NCBI RefSeq assembly: GCF_000981445.1
Contig: NC_027219.1
Coordinates: forward strand, 806,001-870,000
DNA length: 64,000 nucleotides
Direction: 5' to 3'
Origin: Babesia bigemina
Lineage: Eukaryota
Part shown: piece by piece, positions 20,348 to 31,447 of the stretch
Position numbering within the stretch: position 1 is the first letter of the stretch
How the letters are laid out: each line of letters begins with the position of its first letter
Position numbers and translations under genes: made by a program
Notes under the pieces: generated by a model
Told to the model about the DNA's origin: nothing
The model's input: the letters and a program-made list of their open reading frames with translations, nothing else
Database searches by the model: none

Positions 20348-22501
20348 ATGCTGTTTGTAAGCGGGCTCACGCTCTTCTTCGACCGCAGCGGCGAGCGGAG
20401 GCCGCCCAGCAGGACAAGACGCCTGGCAACTGGGATATGGAATCGTTTCACCATTCCCTCGTTTTTCGGGCGCAAGGCATCCTGCTGCGGTGTTGTCGCC
20501 TACGTGGGCTCTGAAGACTGCCGCGACGTCCTCCTGGATGACATCCAGTCCATCAAGCACCGCGGATACGACTCCTGCGGCATTGGCACTTTGAACTTGG
20601 ACGGCTCTATTGAGGTAACGAGATGCAGCAGCTACAAGGCGCCTGCGAACTGCTTCGAGCGCCTCCGAGACCGCATCGGCGACCGCCACCTCGGCAGCAA
20701 GATCGGCATCGCGCACACGCGGTGGGCCACCATGGGACCGCCCACCGACGAAAACGCCCACCCGCACTGTGACGCCATGCGTCGGGTGGCGCTGGTACAC
20801 AACGGCACCGTTACCAACACGGTCGACTTGTTCAACGAGACCTGTGCGATGCTACGCGAGCGCGGGCTGCTTTTGGAGCGCCTTTACGGCAGCGAGCCCA
20901 GGTGCTCCGATTCCGACAGCGCGGCGATCGCCAACATCATTGGCCTCCACCTGGACCTCGGCTACGACGCCTTCTCGGCGATGAAAACCGTGGTCTCACG
21001 CCTGGAGGGCTCCTGGGCCATATGCCTCATAAGCGCCAACAACCCGCACGCGCTGTACGTCGCTCGCTCGGGGTGCCCGCTGCTAGTCACGAAGAACGAC
21101 AACACGAAGTCGGTGCATGTAGCGAGCGAGACGGTGGCGTTCATGAACCATGCCGACCAGTTTGTCGTGCTCGAAGACGGCGACATCATGGAGCTGAACT
21201 ACAACACCGTCGTTGAGTTGTTCCGCACGCGAAAAGTGTGCAACATAACGAGGCTGCAGGTGCGCAGCACGCCGGAGCCCCATGAGTTCTGGATCCAGAA
21301 AGAGGTCGCCGAGCAGCCGCTCGTGGCGCGCGTGGCTCTGCAGCACTTCAAGCTGGTGCGCGCCTCCCGCGAGCTGCGGGCGATTAAGCAGGCCCTCGAG
21401 GGCGTGGTCGATGTCACCTTCGACAGCGATGACCACCTGGTCGACCGCGACCTGGAGCTCGTGTCGGCCCTGGACCCGCGCAACGTGCGCTTCGAGATCC
21501 CGGTCCACGGCGACGCCTCGCTGCTCAAGAAGATAGAGGCGCGACGCAAGATCAACATCGTCGCAGCCGGCAGTTCTCTTCATGCGGCGCGTTACGTGGC
21601 GACGATCTTCCAGGCCCGCAGGATATTCGCTCTCATCGAGACCGATGACCCCACGGAGATGACGCCGTACCGCTACACCCACCCCGACTCGACCGTCATC
21701 TTCGTCTCGCAGAGTGGCGAGACGTTGGACACCGTGAAGGCGTGCGACATGCTGGCTGCGAGCAACCCCAGCGCTGTGAAGATCGCCCTGCTGAACAACC
21801 TGAACACGCTGCTCGACCGCTCGTGCGAGCTGACGATGATGATCAACATCGGGCGCGAGGTGTCGCTCGCGTCGACCAAGACCTTCAGCGTCCAGATAAT
21901 GCTGCTCATGGTGCTGCTGGGCTACATTCTGCAGGCGCAGGACACCGAAGGCCGCCAAGCGGATTTCCTCGCGCAGCTCAAGGCGTCGATCATAGGCTTC
22001 GGCCCGGGCCTGAAAAAGATGCTCGCCACCGCGCCGCAGTGCGAGCGCATCGCTCGCAGGCTGGTCGACGTGGGGTCGCTCTACGTGACCGGCAACGCGG
22101 AGGCCTACGCCATTGCCAGCGAAGCCGCGCTAAAGTTCAAGGAGGTGACCTACATTCACGCTGAAGGGATACCCTCGGGGGCGATGAAGCACGGCACCTT
22201 GGCGTCGATTGACTCCAAAACGCGCACCCCGGTCGTTTGCATCATCACGCCCGACGAGCCCGAGGCGGCGGTGAACGCTGCCAAGCAGCTGAAGGCCCGG
22301 AACGCGTACATCATCCTGTTGGCAGCGAACCCCGCTCTGGCCGACATTGCGGACGAGTTCATCCAGCTGCCTGACTGCGGCATGCTAACTGCCGCCTGTG
22401 CGATTGTGCCAGTCCAGATGATCGCTTACAACATCACCATCATGAAAAAGCGGAATCCCGACACCCCACGCGGACTGGCTAAGACTGTTACCGTGAGCTG
22501 A
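20348..22501 (+). CDS. GFAT: Glutamine:fructose-6-phosphate aminotransferase (isomerizing)
   Basis: CGVVAY, HRGYDSCG, IAHTRWAT, NAHPH and HNG (Ntn glutaminase domain); SQSGET, ASTKTF, EAALKFKE and PRGLAKTVTV (SIS domains). Confidence 0.96.
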   Translation: MLFVSGLTLFFDRSGERRPPSRTRRLATGIWNRFTIPSFFGRKASCCGVVAYVGSEDCRDVLLDDIQSIKHRGYDSCGIGTLNLDGSIEVTRCSSYKAPANCFERLRDRIGDRHLGSKIGIAHTRWATMGPPTDENAHPHCDAMRRVALVHNGTVTNTVDLFNETCAMLRERGLLLERLYGSEPRCSDSDSAAIANIIGLHLDLGYDAFSAMKTVVSRLEGSWAICLISANNPHALYVARSGCPLLVTKNDNTKSVHVASETVAFMNHADQFVVLEDGDIMELNYNTVVELFRTRKVCNITRLQVRSTPEPHEFWIQKEVAEQPLVARVALQHFKLVRASRELRAIKQALEGVVDVTFDSDDHLVDRDLELVSALDPRNVRFEIPVHGDASLLKKIEARRKINIVAAGSSLHAARYVATIFQARRIFALIETDDPTEMTPYRYTHPDSTVIFVSQSGETLDTVKACDMLAASNPSAVKIALLNNLNTLLDRSCELTMMINIGREVSLASTKTFSVQIMLLMVLLGYILQAQDTEGRQADFLAQLKASIIGFGPGLKKMLATAPQCERIARRLVDVGSLYVTGNAEAYAIASEAALKFKEVTYIHAEGIPSGAMKHGTLASIDSKTRTPVVCIITPDEPEAAVNAAKQLKARNAYIILLAANPALADIADEFIQLPDCGMLTAACAIVPVQMIAYNITIMKKRNPDTPRGLAKTVTVS

Positions 22502-22560
22502 AAAGGAAAACACCCGGAACTCACGTAGTTGTAGGCAGATAATTGCCCCATTTTTAACTA

Positions 22561-23481
22561 CTACATTAATGACGTCGAGTCTACGTGCGCACTCCAGAAG
22601 TCTCGTGCCACGCCGATTTGCGACATCATGGTGCATTCTTGCTCTATGAAGTCGGCGCACACGCCCCAGGAAGCTGCCTGTAGCGTCTCCTCGAGCCGCG
22701 ACGCCCGCACGGCACGGGCCGCGTCGACCGCGCCGTCGAGGAGCTCCAAGGGTAGGACTATTGACTTCAATCTTCTGTGTATATTTTTCAGTGCTACCAC
22801 TTGTGCGGCTGAGTATGCCGTTAGCGTGCTCCTCACGGCGTCCACAACGTCAGCGGGCTGGCGGGGGCTGGTTGCGAGGTCGCCCGACGCCACCAGGGCG
22901 CTGGTGCCGCGGCGCCGCGCGAAGGCACGCAGAATCGGCAGGAGGTAGGTGCTCTGCAGCACGTCGAGGTCGAGGGGGGCGATTCGAGACATGCAGGCGC
23001 TGTCTAGCTCCTCGATGCCTGCGAGCAGCTCCAACGGGGCCTCTGGACTCGGGTGGAACCTCAGCGCGGTGTCAAAGTCGAGGGCGTCGACGAGCGTCGC
23101 GACGGCCGACGCGCGCTTGTCTGGCGACATATCGACCGTCTCAGCGAGCAACATCGTCATCGGCAACGTCTCGAAGCGCGTCAGCTGCCCGAGACGCTCC
23201 CGCCACTCGGCGACGACGCGCTCCGCCACCGCTCTGGACGGAGTGCGCAGCACATTGCCCAAAGGAGACTCCAGCAGCCTGCCGTCGAGCAATATCGAGT
23301 GCCGCTGCCCCGTAGAATGCAGCTCTACCGACTTGCGGCAGAGCGTGTGAGCCGTCTTGTCGCGAAGGCGTACGCGCTCGAGTGCCGCGTATTCTGCAGC
23401 ATCGGAGAGGTGTCTACGCGTGAAGCGCCATGCGCTGCGCTTCAACAGCCGTTCCGGAGTTCTAAAAGCAAGTACGGCCAT
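22561..23481 (-). CDS. ATP12: ATP12 (ATPAF2) mitochondrial F1-ATPase assembly chaperone
   Basis: Arg-rich mitochondrial-type presequence; ILLDGRLLESPLGN, VVAEW, LPMT, and RASRLEETLQAASWG C-terminal signature. Confidence 0.85.
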   Translation of the reverse strand: MAVLAFRTPERLLKRSAWRFTRRHLSDAAEYAALERVRLRDKTAHTLCRKSVELHSTGQRHSILLDGRLLESPLGNVLRTPSRAVAERVVAEWRERLGQLTRFETLPMTMLLAETVDMSPDKRASAVATLVDALDFDTALRFHPSPEAPLELLAGIEELDSACMSRIAPLDLDVLQSTYLLPILRAFARRRGTSALVASGDLATSPRQPADVVDAVRSTLTAYSAAQVVALKNIHRRLKSIVLPLELLDGAVDAARAVRASRLEETLQAASWGVCADFIEQECTMMSQIGVARDFWSAHVDSTSLM

Positions 23482-23876
23482 TGTCTACCGCCAAGAACCG
23501 CGTCTTAAGCGGCGAAACTCCGGCGAAGGCTCGCCCCGACCACACCGAATCGCGCCTGGAGACCCATCGGGTCTCAACTTCGAACCTACTACAGACAACT
23601 TCAATTTATGTGCGCCTCTTTCGGGAGCGGCGAGCGCCGCGGTGGCAGGCGCAGAAGTGGAATCCCCATCCGCCGCCCACGGCGGCCGGAAGGTGCCGGT
23701 CGCGAGACAGTCGCGCTCAGCGTCATAGCCTATCGCCACCTGTCGCAACAACTTTTTGCGCCATTCAGTAGCGGAGTGTGCGCTTATAGCAGGACCTTCC
23801 AGCACCGCCGTCGAACGCAGCGGCGACGACACACGCACGCAACGCAGCACGCAGCGCCGCGCGACGACGACGCAGG

Positions 23877-25493
23877 ATGTCCGTGAACATACTCAACAAG
23901 CAGGCCGACAGCCTGCAGGCCATGGCCGCGCTGGCTACCAACATACACGCCGCCAAGAGCCTCTGCGACATCGTCAAGACAAACCTGGGCCCCAAGGGCA
24001 CCTGCAAGATGCTGGTCAACGGCGCCGGAAACATCAAAATCACGAAGGACGGAAGCGTCCTGCTCGGAGAGATGATGATCCAGCACCCTACGGCCATGAT
24101 TCTGTGCCGGGCGGCCTCGGCCATGGACGAGATCACCGGCGACGGCACCACCTCAAACGTCATGCTCTCCTCCAACCTGATGAAGAACAGCGAGGAACAC
24201 ATCCTGTACGAGGGCGTACACCCGAAATTCGTCGCTGACGGCTTCGGAGTGGCGGTCGAGAAGGCGCTCAAGTGCCTCGAGGAACTCAAGGTCTCCGTCG
24301 GCTCGCGTGAAAAGCTCGACTGGGAGATCCTCGCCAGCGTCTCCAAGACGTGCGCGTGCACCAAGTTACCTAGGGAGCTCGCACTGCACATCGCTCACGA
24401 GGTCGTGGAGGCCGTTAAGCTCATTTATCGTCCCGACCAGCCCGTCGATCTCTTCATGGTCGAGGTTCTGCACATGCGGCACCGCCTCGCCTCTGAGACC
24501 CAGCTTGTGCGCGGCATGGTCCTCGACCACGGCTCGCGCCACCCGGACATGCCCAAAAGAATCGAAAACGTCTTCATCCTCACCCTCAACTGCTCGCTGG
24601 AGTACGAACGGAGTGAGGTGCACTCCGGATTCTCGTACTCCTCTGCCAAGCAACGCGAACGTTTGGTCACTTCCGAGCGCAAGTTCACCGACGACAAGGT
24701 GCAGAAGATCATAGACCTCAAGCGCATGGTGTGCCCCCCGGGAAGCAACCGCTCCTTCTGCGTGCTGAACCAAAAGGGCATCGACCCGCCGGCGCTGGAC
24801 CTGCTGGCCCGTGATGGCATCATGGCTCTGCGACGCGTCAAGCGCCGCAACATGGAGCGCTTGACGCTGTGCTGCGGCGGGACCGCGTGCAACAGCGTAG
24901 AGGACCTCAAGATAGCCGACCTCGGGTTTGCGGAGAAGGTGTACGAGCAGATGGTCGGAGAGGAAAAGTACACCTTTGTCGAGGGCGTGTCGAACCCGCG
25001 CAGCTGCACGCTGCTCATCAAGGGGTCAAGCGATTACAGCATAGCTCAAATCAAGGACGCCGTCAGGGACTGCCTTCGCGCAGTCAAAAACGCAATCGAC
25101 GACGGTTACGTGCTTCCAGGAGCAGGCGCCACTGAACTCCACATATACAACCGCCTGATGCGCAACATAAGCGAAGTCAAGGGCAAGGCCAGGTACGGCG
25201 TTCAGGTCTTTGCTGAGAGTGTGCTCGCCATCCCCAAGACACTGGCGGACAACGCCGGTCTCGACGGGCGCGAAGTCGTGCTCGAGCTGCTTGACATCGA
25301 CCAAGAGTACGGCAGGTACGTGGGACTTGACCTCGACACCGGCAAGTTCCTCATCCCCGCGGCCGAGGGCATATGGGACAATTACAGCGTCAAGAAGCAG
25401 ACCCTTACCATAGCCACCACAGTGGCGCAGCAGACGCTGCTGGTCGACGAGATCATCAAGGCTGGGCGGTCAATGAGCGCTAAGCCCACGTGA
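23877..25493 (+). CDS. CCT6: T-complex protein 1 subunit zeta (CCT6)
   Basis: KTNLGPKGT, ITKDG, GDGTTS, VLDHGSRHPDMP, NQKGIDP, ALRRVKRRNMERL and LLVDEII. Confidence 0.96.
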   Translation: MSVNILNKQADSLQAMAALATNIHAAKSLCDIVKTNLGPKGTCKMLVNGAGNIKITKDGSVLLGEMMIQHPTAMILCRAASAMDEITGDGTTSNVMLSSNLMKNSEEHILYEGVHPKFVADGFGVAVEKALKCLEELKVSVGSREKLDWEILASVSKTCACTKLPRELALHIAHEVVEAVKLIYRPDQPVDLFMVEVLHMRHRLASETQLVRGMVLDHGSRHPDMPKRIENVFILTLNCSLEYERSEVHSGFSYSSAKQRERLVTSERKFTDDKVQKIIDLKRMVCPPGSNRSFCVLNQKGIDPPALDLLARDGIMALRRVKRRNMERLTLCCGGTACNSVEDLKIADLGFAEKVYEQMVGEEKYTFVEGVSNPRSCTLLIKGSSDYSIAQIKDAVRDCLRAVKNAIDDGYVLPGAGATELHIYNRLMRNISEVKGKARYGVQVFAESVLAIPKTLADNAGLDGREVVLELLDIDQEYGRYVGLDLDTGKFLIPAAEGIWDNYSVKKQTLTIATTVAQQTLLVDEIIKAGRSMSAKPT

Positions 25494-27401
25494 TCCACTG
25501 ACGCGTTGTTGTGACCCGTACTCCAGAGCACATACAGCTTAATAGCGTAACATATAGCAGTATTTGTTTGCATCATGAGCGTAATGAACTAAGTGGGCAG
25601 ATTGCGCAATAACTTGCTGCGTTTGCAGAGGTGCTAGCGGGTGTGACGTTAGGAAAGTTAAGTGAGTAGACCTTTGCATGGTTGCCTTGCTAGACGAATT
25701 CAATGAAAAATGTGATGCCACGAGAGGTAGTGGGGACGACCATGCTTGATTACGTGAACTCCATAGTACGGAAGGGTTCACGTATTTGGCCTTAGATAGC
25801 GCCAATCCCCTGCTTATTGATTTAACATCTCATGCAGAGCACCAAGACATGTGGGCTGGCACACCAGTGAATACAGCAGGTAGTGCCCATTTACTGTCGT
25901 ACCCCGTGGTTCCCTCGAATCACGTGTTTATCAGCCATGAAAAACACTTCAAAATTTACCTTAAAACTCAAAACTTCCTTTCACGCATAGGCATAGACTA
26001 AGCACACACCCCACTTGCCCATGCATACGTGACACCTATTGCGCAGCTCTGACATAACACCGGCCTCGCGTCACAGCATCGATCATTAAACTATGTTACC
26101 AATACGACAATGACATGGCGGTAAACTAAGTGAGATCCAAGGAAACAACAGGAGCCCCTATAAATTTCCTCCCTGCGCCGCAGCACGGAGAGTCACCTAA
26201 CTGCCCAGTGGGGTGTGAAGTACTACGATTTTAGTCATCACCCATATTTTCACCATGAATGCGATGTAATAGGGATATACAGGCTTTGAACTTTGCACGG
26301 TATCACCGAGTTTCCATATAACAGGCTTAGCGTCATGATGCCGCCACCCAACAAGGTACTAACATGCCGCCCGCTAACGTAAGCAATGGCCGACCACTTC
26401 GCATAAAGTGGCAGTCATCACCACCAGGCAGGTGACCAAACTACCAGCTAAAAATGTAGACTAAAAAAAAATGGGATTCGCACGCTTCACACGAATAACC
26501 CGCAATTCAACCTCACAAACAACATAGCGCAACTCCTACACTGTTTGCCACATTTCCAATGAGGTGTTAGGTCAGGTGGCAGCCATAACAGGTGGGATAA
26601 ATGATATAGCCAGTGGCATAATAAAGGTGGTGGGTAGCTTAAAGGCATTGGACAACATACTTTGCAACATTGTTTAAGTTGAAGACTACAGGGCTTGAAA
26701 TTTTTGCTGGCACAAGTAGCTGCCGGGGGTGACTCCACCTCGATGTTAAGGGATTGTGACGTCCTTGGTGGTCACTCAGAGCTGCTACGATCGCGGCTAG
26801 GCGCAGCGAGATTGAACTCCCAACAGAGGCTCAGAAAGTCAGAAAAACGATAATTCGTGCTAGCGCATCAAACACGATATTCCGGGTAGGGCAATGGGTC
26901 ATTTGCAAAGTAAGCGGATGCCGTGTTAGTGATGAACTAGCCGGCCATAAGATGCGAACAGGTACAATCATAGGCGGCGCATTCCGTGATATAGAAAAAT
27001 TTTCGAACTTGATACTCAGTGGACGGAAGGAGTGCAAAAAACGGCCAGCAATTAACTTAAACATTTGACATACTGATACGTCACCAAAAAATGTGCCCAT
27101 ACATCGTGAACCAGGTAGTGCGGGCTGTAACCAAAAACCAAATTACCTAGTCGACTCGCGTGCTTCGGAGTGCATGCCAGGCTTAGGGTATGAATTTGGC
27201 TGCGGCGGGACGCATAGGTTATCCGCACAACAGAAGGTGCATTGCCCACAGCGGTGCAAGGAACACCTTGGTGCAACCATCTAAAGTATCAACGCGATTG
27301 TTGTGCTGATCTGCCATCAATACAAATTTTGGTGCATCGGCGTTTGAATAGACCAACATAACTGCATTATAAAACTAGTTTATCATACATTTCTTGCCAA
27401 A

Positions 27402-28667
27402 ATGGTGTTCAACTCATTGACTGAGGCTCCTCACAACCTCAAGGAGGGCATTGACTGGCTGATTGCCGTCAAGGGAACTGATGCTGGAAAGAACATTGCT
27501 GCTTTGGGTGACGCAGTTCATAAGCTTCTAGCTGACAAGCCTGTTGGCTACACGGACGTACCAGCTCTCGAGAAGGTTAAGCGTATTTCTAAGGAGTTCC
27601 TGGAGCAGCCAGAGCTTGTGGAGAAATGGCCCGCAAACAATGTACTGGTGAAATTCAACAAGCCTATTGATAGAAAGCCCCAGTTTTTCCAAAAGCTCTT
27701 TCGCAGCGTTGACAAATGCGATTATACGAACGTCGTAAAAGAAACGCCTCTCAGCGCTAGCACCATTACACAAAAATTAGGCAAGGCTGTGAATGGTTTT
27801 GAGAAATTCTTAGGCAAAATTACAAGCGCCGAGCAGTACGAGTCCGCTTACAGTTCAGAAGCCACCTGGGAGAAATCATGTTCTGAAAAGCCAGAGGATT
27901 GTGCAGCGGTCTTTGTGGGTATTGCACCTATGTTGTGGGCGGGCATACGTACTTTGGATGATGCAAGCTACCCTGGTGATTTTAGCTGGCTGGGTTTGGG
28001 TAATAAGAAGAATGTTTCAGCAAAACTATTAAGCGCTTTAGGGTTCAAAGATGCAGGGTGCCTTAGCAATACCACCGCTCCAAATGTTTCATCCGCTGTG
28101 GCAATTGTGAAGAACAATGGGTTGCAAACGTTCCACGACCTCTCAGGATTTTGGGCATTCTACGATTGCACTAAGGTGCCCTCTGTTGATGCTGAGCCAT
28201 CTGTTGACGGTGAAGGCGAACAGTCCATGATCCCCGAAGCTGAACCATCCTTTGAAGGTGAAGGTGAACAGTCCATGATCCCCGAAGCTGAACCATCCTT
28301 TGAAGGTGAAGGTGAACAGTCCATGATCCCCGAAGCTGAGCCAACCGTTGACGGTGAAGGTGAACAGTCCATGATCCCCGAAGCTGAGCCAACCGTTGAC
28401 GGCGAAGGCGAGCAGTCCTTGATCCCCGAAGCTGAGCCAACCGTTGACGGCGAAGGCGAGCAGTCCTTGATCCCTGAGGCTGAACCATCCGCCGAGCCCG
28501 TGAAGCCTGAAGTCGATGAGGTTGAACAGCCTGTGAAGGTTGCGAAGGCTGCTAAAGTGGCAAGGTCTGTGAAAGCCGCCAAGAAAGCTGCCAAGAAGGT
28601 TTCCAAGAAGGCCCGCCAGAGGAAGCAGAAGAAACAGAAGAAGCAGCAGGAATCTGCTGAGCAGTGA
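27402..28667 (+). CDS. Short ves-family-related (VESA N-terminal-like, ves2-type) protein with acidic tandem repeats
   Basis: The N-terminus MVFNSLTEAPHNLKEGIDWLIAVKG matches the Babesia VESA-type SLTxxPxNLKExIDW motif. YESAYSSEATWEKSC...CAAVFVGIAPML and DLSGFWAFY are typical of the short ves-related family. Confidence 0.75.
   Translation: MVFNSLTEAPHNLKEGIDWLIAVKGTDAGKNIAALGDAVHKLLADKPVGYTDVPALEKVKRISKEFLEQPELVEKWPANNVLVKFNKPIDRKPQFFQKLFRSVDKCDYTNVVKETPLSASTITQKLGKAVNGFEKFLGKITSAEQYESAYSSEATWEKSCSEKPEDCAAVFVGIAPMLWAGIRTLDDASYPGDFSWLGLGNKKNVSAKLLSALGFKDAGCLSNTTAPNVSSAVAIVKNNGLQTFHDLSGFWAFYDCTKVPSVDAEPSVDGEGEQSMIPEAEPSFEGEGEQSMIPEAEPSFEGEGEQSMIPEAEPTVDGEGEQSMIPEAEPTVDGEGEQSLIPEAEPTVDGEGEQSLIPEAEPSAEPVKPEVDEVEQPVKVAKAAKVARSVKAAKKAAKKVSKKARQRKQKKQKKQQESAEQ
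28191..28490 (+). repeat. 48-bp tandem repeat, 6 full copies plus a partial copy (AEP[S/T][V/F][D/E]GEGEQS[M/L]IPE)
   Basis: Directly visible: units GCTGA(A/G)CCA...ATCCC(C/T)GA(A/G) recur at 48-nt spacing from 28191. Confidence 0.95.
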
Positions 28668-29102
28668 GTGGCAGTCTTACGACTACTCACCAGTTATTTG
28701 TCATTTAAAAATCTGGTGATGGCCACATTTATGTATTAACTTTTAATTTACATCATTGCTGTCGTAGAATGATGGTAGACAGTCCTGAACTTCTACATAA
28801 TGTCTCTAGTAGCGCAACTGGGTTCTCGGATTTGACAATTAAAGTATTTCGATTTGGTATTCTGCGCATACTATGTGGGTTGCAGCATGTAACGCTGATG
28901 TGTTGAAGATCTCTGCCGCTGTGCGGTAAAGCTGGTTCAAGCCAAAAATGGGCGAATATAAGAACGATAAAACGTGGACCAGAGATACAATACAGTAATT
29001 TTGTTATTACTAGTAGCTAGGGTTATGATGTGTCAATGGTGAGCATCTTGTCTCCCGCCACGGCGTACCACATATCCGCATGAAAACGCCGCTCTTCGGT
29101 GC

Positions 29103-30130
29103 TTATGTGCAAATATTTTCCTTCAACATGCCATCATAACAGATCTTGAGGTTATCTTGGATCTTGCACAGATTTGCATAACGTTGCATTAACTCTTCGC
29201 CGTGCTTACTCAGACGCTCCTTTTCGCATATGGCATTTTGGTACTGCATGATATTACATAATGTCAACAAAACGTTGTAACTAGGCATATATTCGGTTTG
29301 CAGGACCCGGTGTCATACACAAACTTACCGCGGCGATCTGCGAGTTGTCGAATGATGATAGGAGCTCGTTGACTTTCATCAAACATGAGTTGCGAAGTTT
29401 CTTATGCTGTTCCTGCGTTACTGCAATCTGTTCCTTGAGCTTTTGCAGTTCCTTTCGTTCTCTTTCGGCCTGAAGAAGTGGCTGACTACTCAAGAAAGCA
29501 CAACGTACTCTGACAACTCTCAGCTGCAGCATCTTGTCTTGGCATGCACGGCGTCCTTCGCATGTGTGCTCTTTAGTCATAGCATCTTCTAATTGCTTGA
29601 TATCGACATCCAGAGTACACGCTGAAAATCGATGAGCAGAGGCGACCATAATGGCGTTCATCCTGTCAATGGTAGCGCTGCTTTTTGAGGCTCCTCACGC
29701 ATTATACTATTAACGTAGCGAAAGGTGTGGAATATTGAGCATAACATATGCTGACGTTATATGAAAAGAATGCTCACCTGTCTCATTCGTGGACTTAGAG
29801 TTCCGATTTAAGCCGCGCTTCTCCATCTTAGACCCATTCCGTTTCATGTAATGCTTGTAAAGAACCTGAAATCATGTGTGAAGCTCGACTACTGTATGGA
29901 AACATTACCATAGATGCCTTAATCAACACGCCCTGGACATCACCATGCAACTCCTTCACGGCCTCTTGGACCTCCGGCGATCTGTGGCTGTAAAAAACAT
30001 TGGTGTTGTGTTTAGTTGGAGCAACCAAATGGTGCATGCATGATATACGCCAATATTCATACAAATTTCGCGCACAAGGGTACCACGGAAGTCAGTATCA
30101 TAGTATGGATACCACGGATCCCCCAGCATA
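29103..30130 (-). CDS. Multi-exon hypothetical gene(s) with a coiled-coil C-terminal part; exact model unresolved
   Basis: Several short GT..AG intron-like segments separate coding-like blocks (MLGDPWYPYYDTDFRG, HRSPEVQEAVKELHG, AERERKELQKLKEQIAVTQEQHKKL, ICEKERLSKHGEELMQRY). I could not join them all in one frame. Confidence 0.4.
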
Positions 30131-31447
30131 CTGCGACGGGCTAAACATATGACCACTCACGAAACATATCTCTGACAGACACTAACAAACGTACTCTACC
30201 ATAGGATCTTTATCATTTAACCGCTGCTAATCCAAGTTGGCGAAAAATAAACTACGCTTCAATAATAAAAGCGCCAGCGACGCCGCTATACCGACATTTA
30301 TGTCCCGCTACACTGCTAGCTGTGCTACCTGTGGAATCGGAGCCGGTTGTAGGCACCGTGATGTTTATGTGCAGGAGAAATGGCGACGCCAACAACGAGC
30401 GTACGCCACGCGAGTCCCCGTAAGCGGAGGTGAGACACATCGCGGAATAATCGAGCCGCTGTAAAAGCGCTACTCTTGCTCATACCAAAATCATGGCGCA
30501 TTCAAATATCTTATGCATTGCTCCGTGCTGGTGGCGGGAATGTTGCTAAAGACAGAACCAAGCATCAACGATAACAAAACAAACACACCTGAAGACACCT
30601 CAAATATTCAAATAGATTTCGAAATGACCACACAAAACACGAAAATAGATGAATAGAAGATTGAAACAATAATAGAGCAATAGCTGCATCAACCTGTAAA
30701 TCAGTTTCACAGATCAACCCCAAAATTACATCAGATATTAAACACAGATATGATGCATTAAACTTCATATTGTGAAATGCAATCGTCTACAATTAATAAA
30801 CGCTCCAAACAGGGAGTGCATGGAAGGGGCAGCGGCCGCGTTGCGTTGGACAACGTACGCATTTTACACATTGCCACGCACTACACGCCTTTTGCTATCG
30901 GCATCCAATCTAAATATCCTACCAAGTGAAACGACGTGTGTACATACCACGATTTTTTAACATGAAAACGTTCAACGCTAATCCGTACACATTACCAACT
31001 CTAACTAATATACGTTACAGTCGCACACATAGACGCAATGATGCATACAGCCATTTTCCATCGAATAGGCTTTAAAGGGGGCTGCTGGTTGAGTGTGAAT
31101 CCTCCGGTGACTGCTGAGCAGTCGCGCGAGGGGGGGCTGCATATACCATAGCAGCACTACGCTGCTGGCGCTAATGCATCGGACTGACGACGATTATTAT
31201 ATTGACAATTTACACTTTTAACTTTTTAATTGTCTGCAGTGCAGCCGCTGGTTGTGCTGAGGATGATCGCATCATCGCCGCGCACCGGAAATTGAGTGCT
31301 ATCATTGCTCAAAACATCGCGCCTATTTGCGCAACGAATTCTACCGCAGAACTGGCCAAATCTGCGGCAGATTGCGTTACATGTGTATAAACCGGTGCTC
31401 AAGCTGCATTTTAACCATGTAGAGGACGCTTCATCACAGACGGCGAA

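Noticed and set aside
28191..28490. Regularly spaced repeats as a possible CRISPR array
   Set aside because: They are contiguous in-frame coding repeats without unique spacers, in a eukaryotic context with no cas genes.
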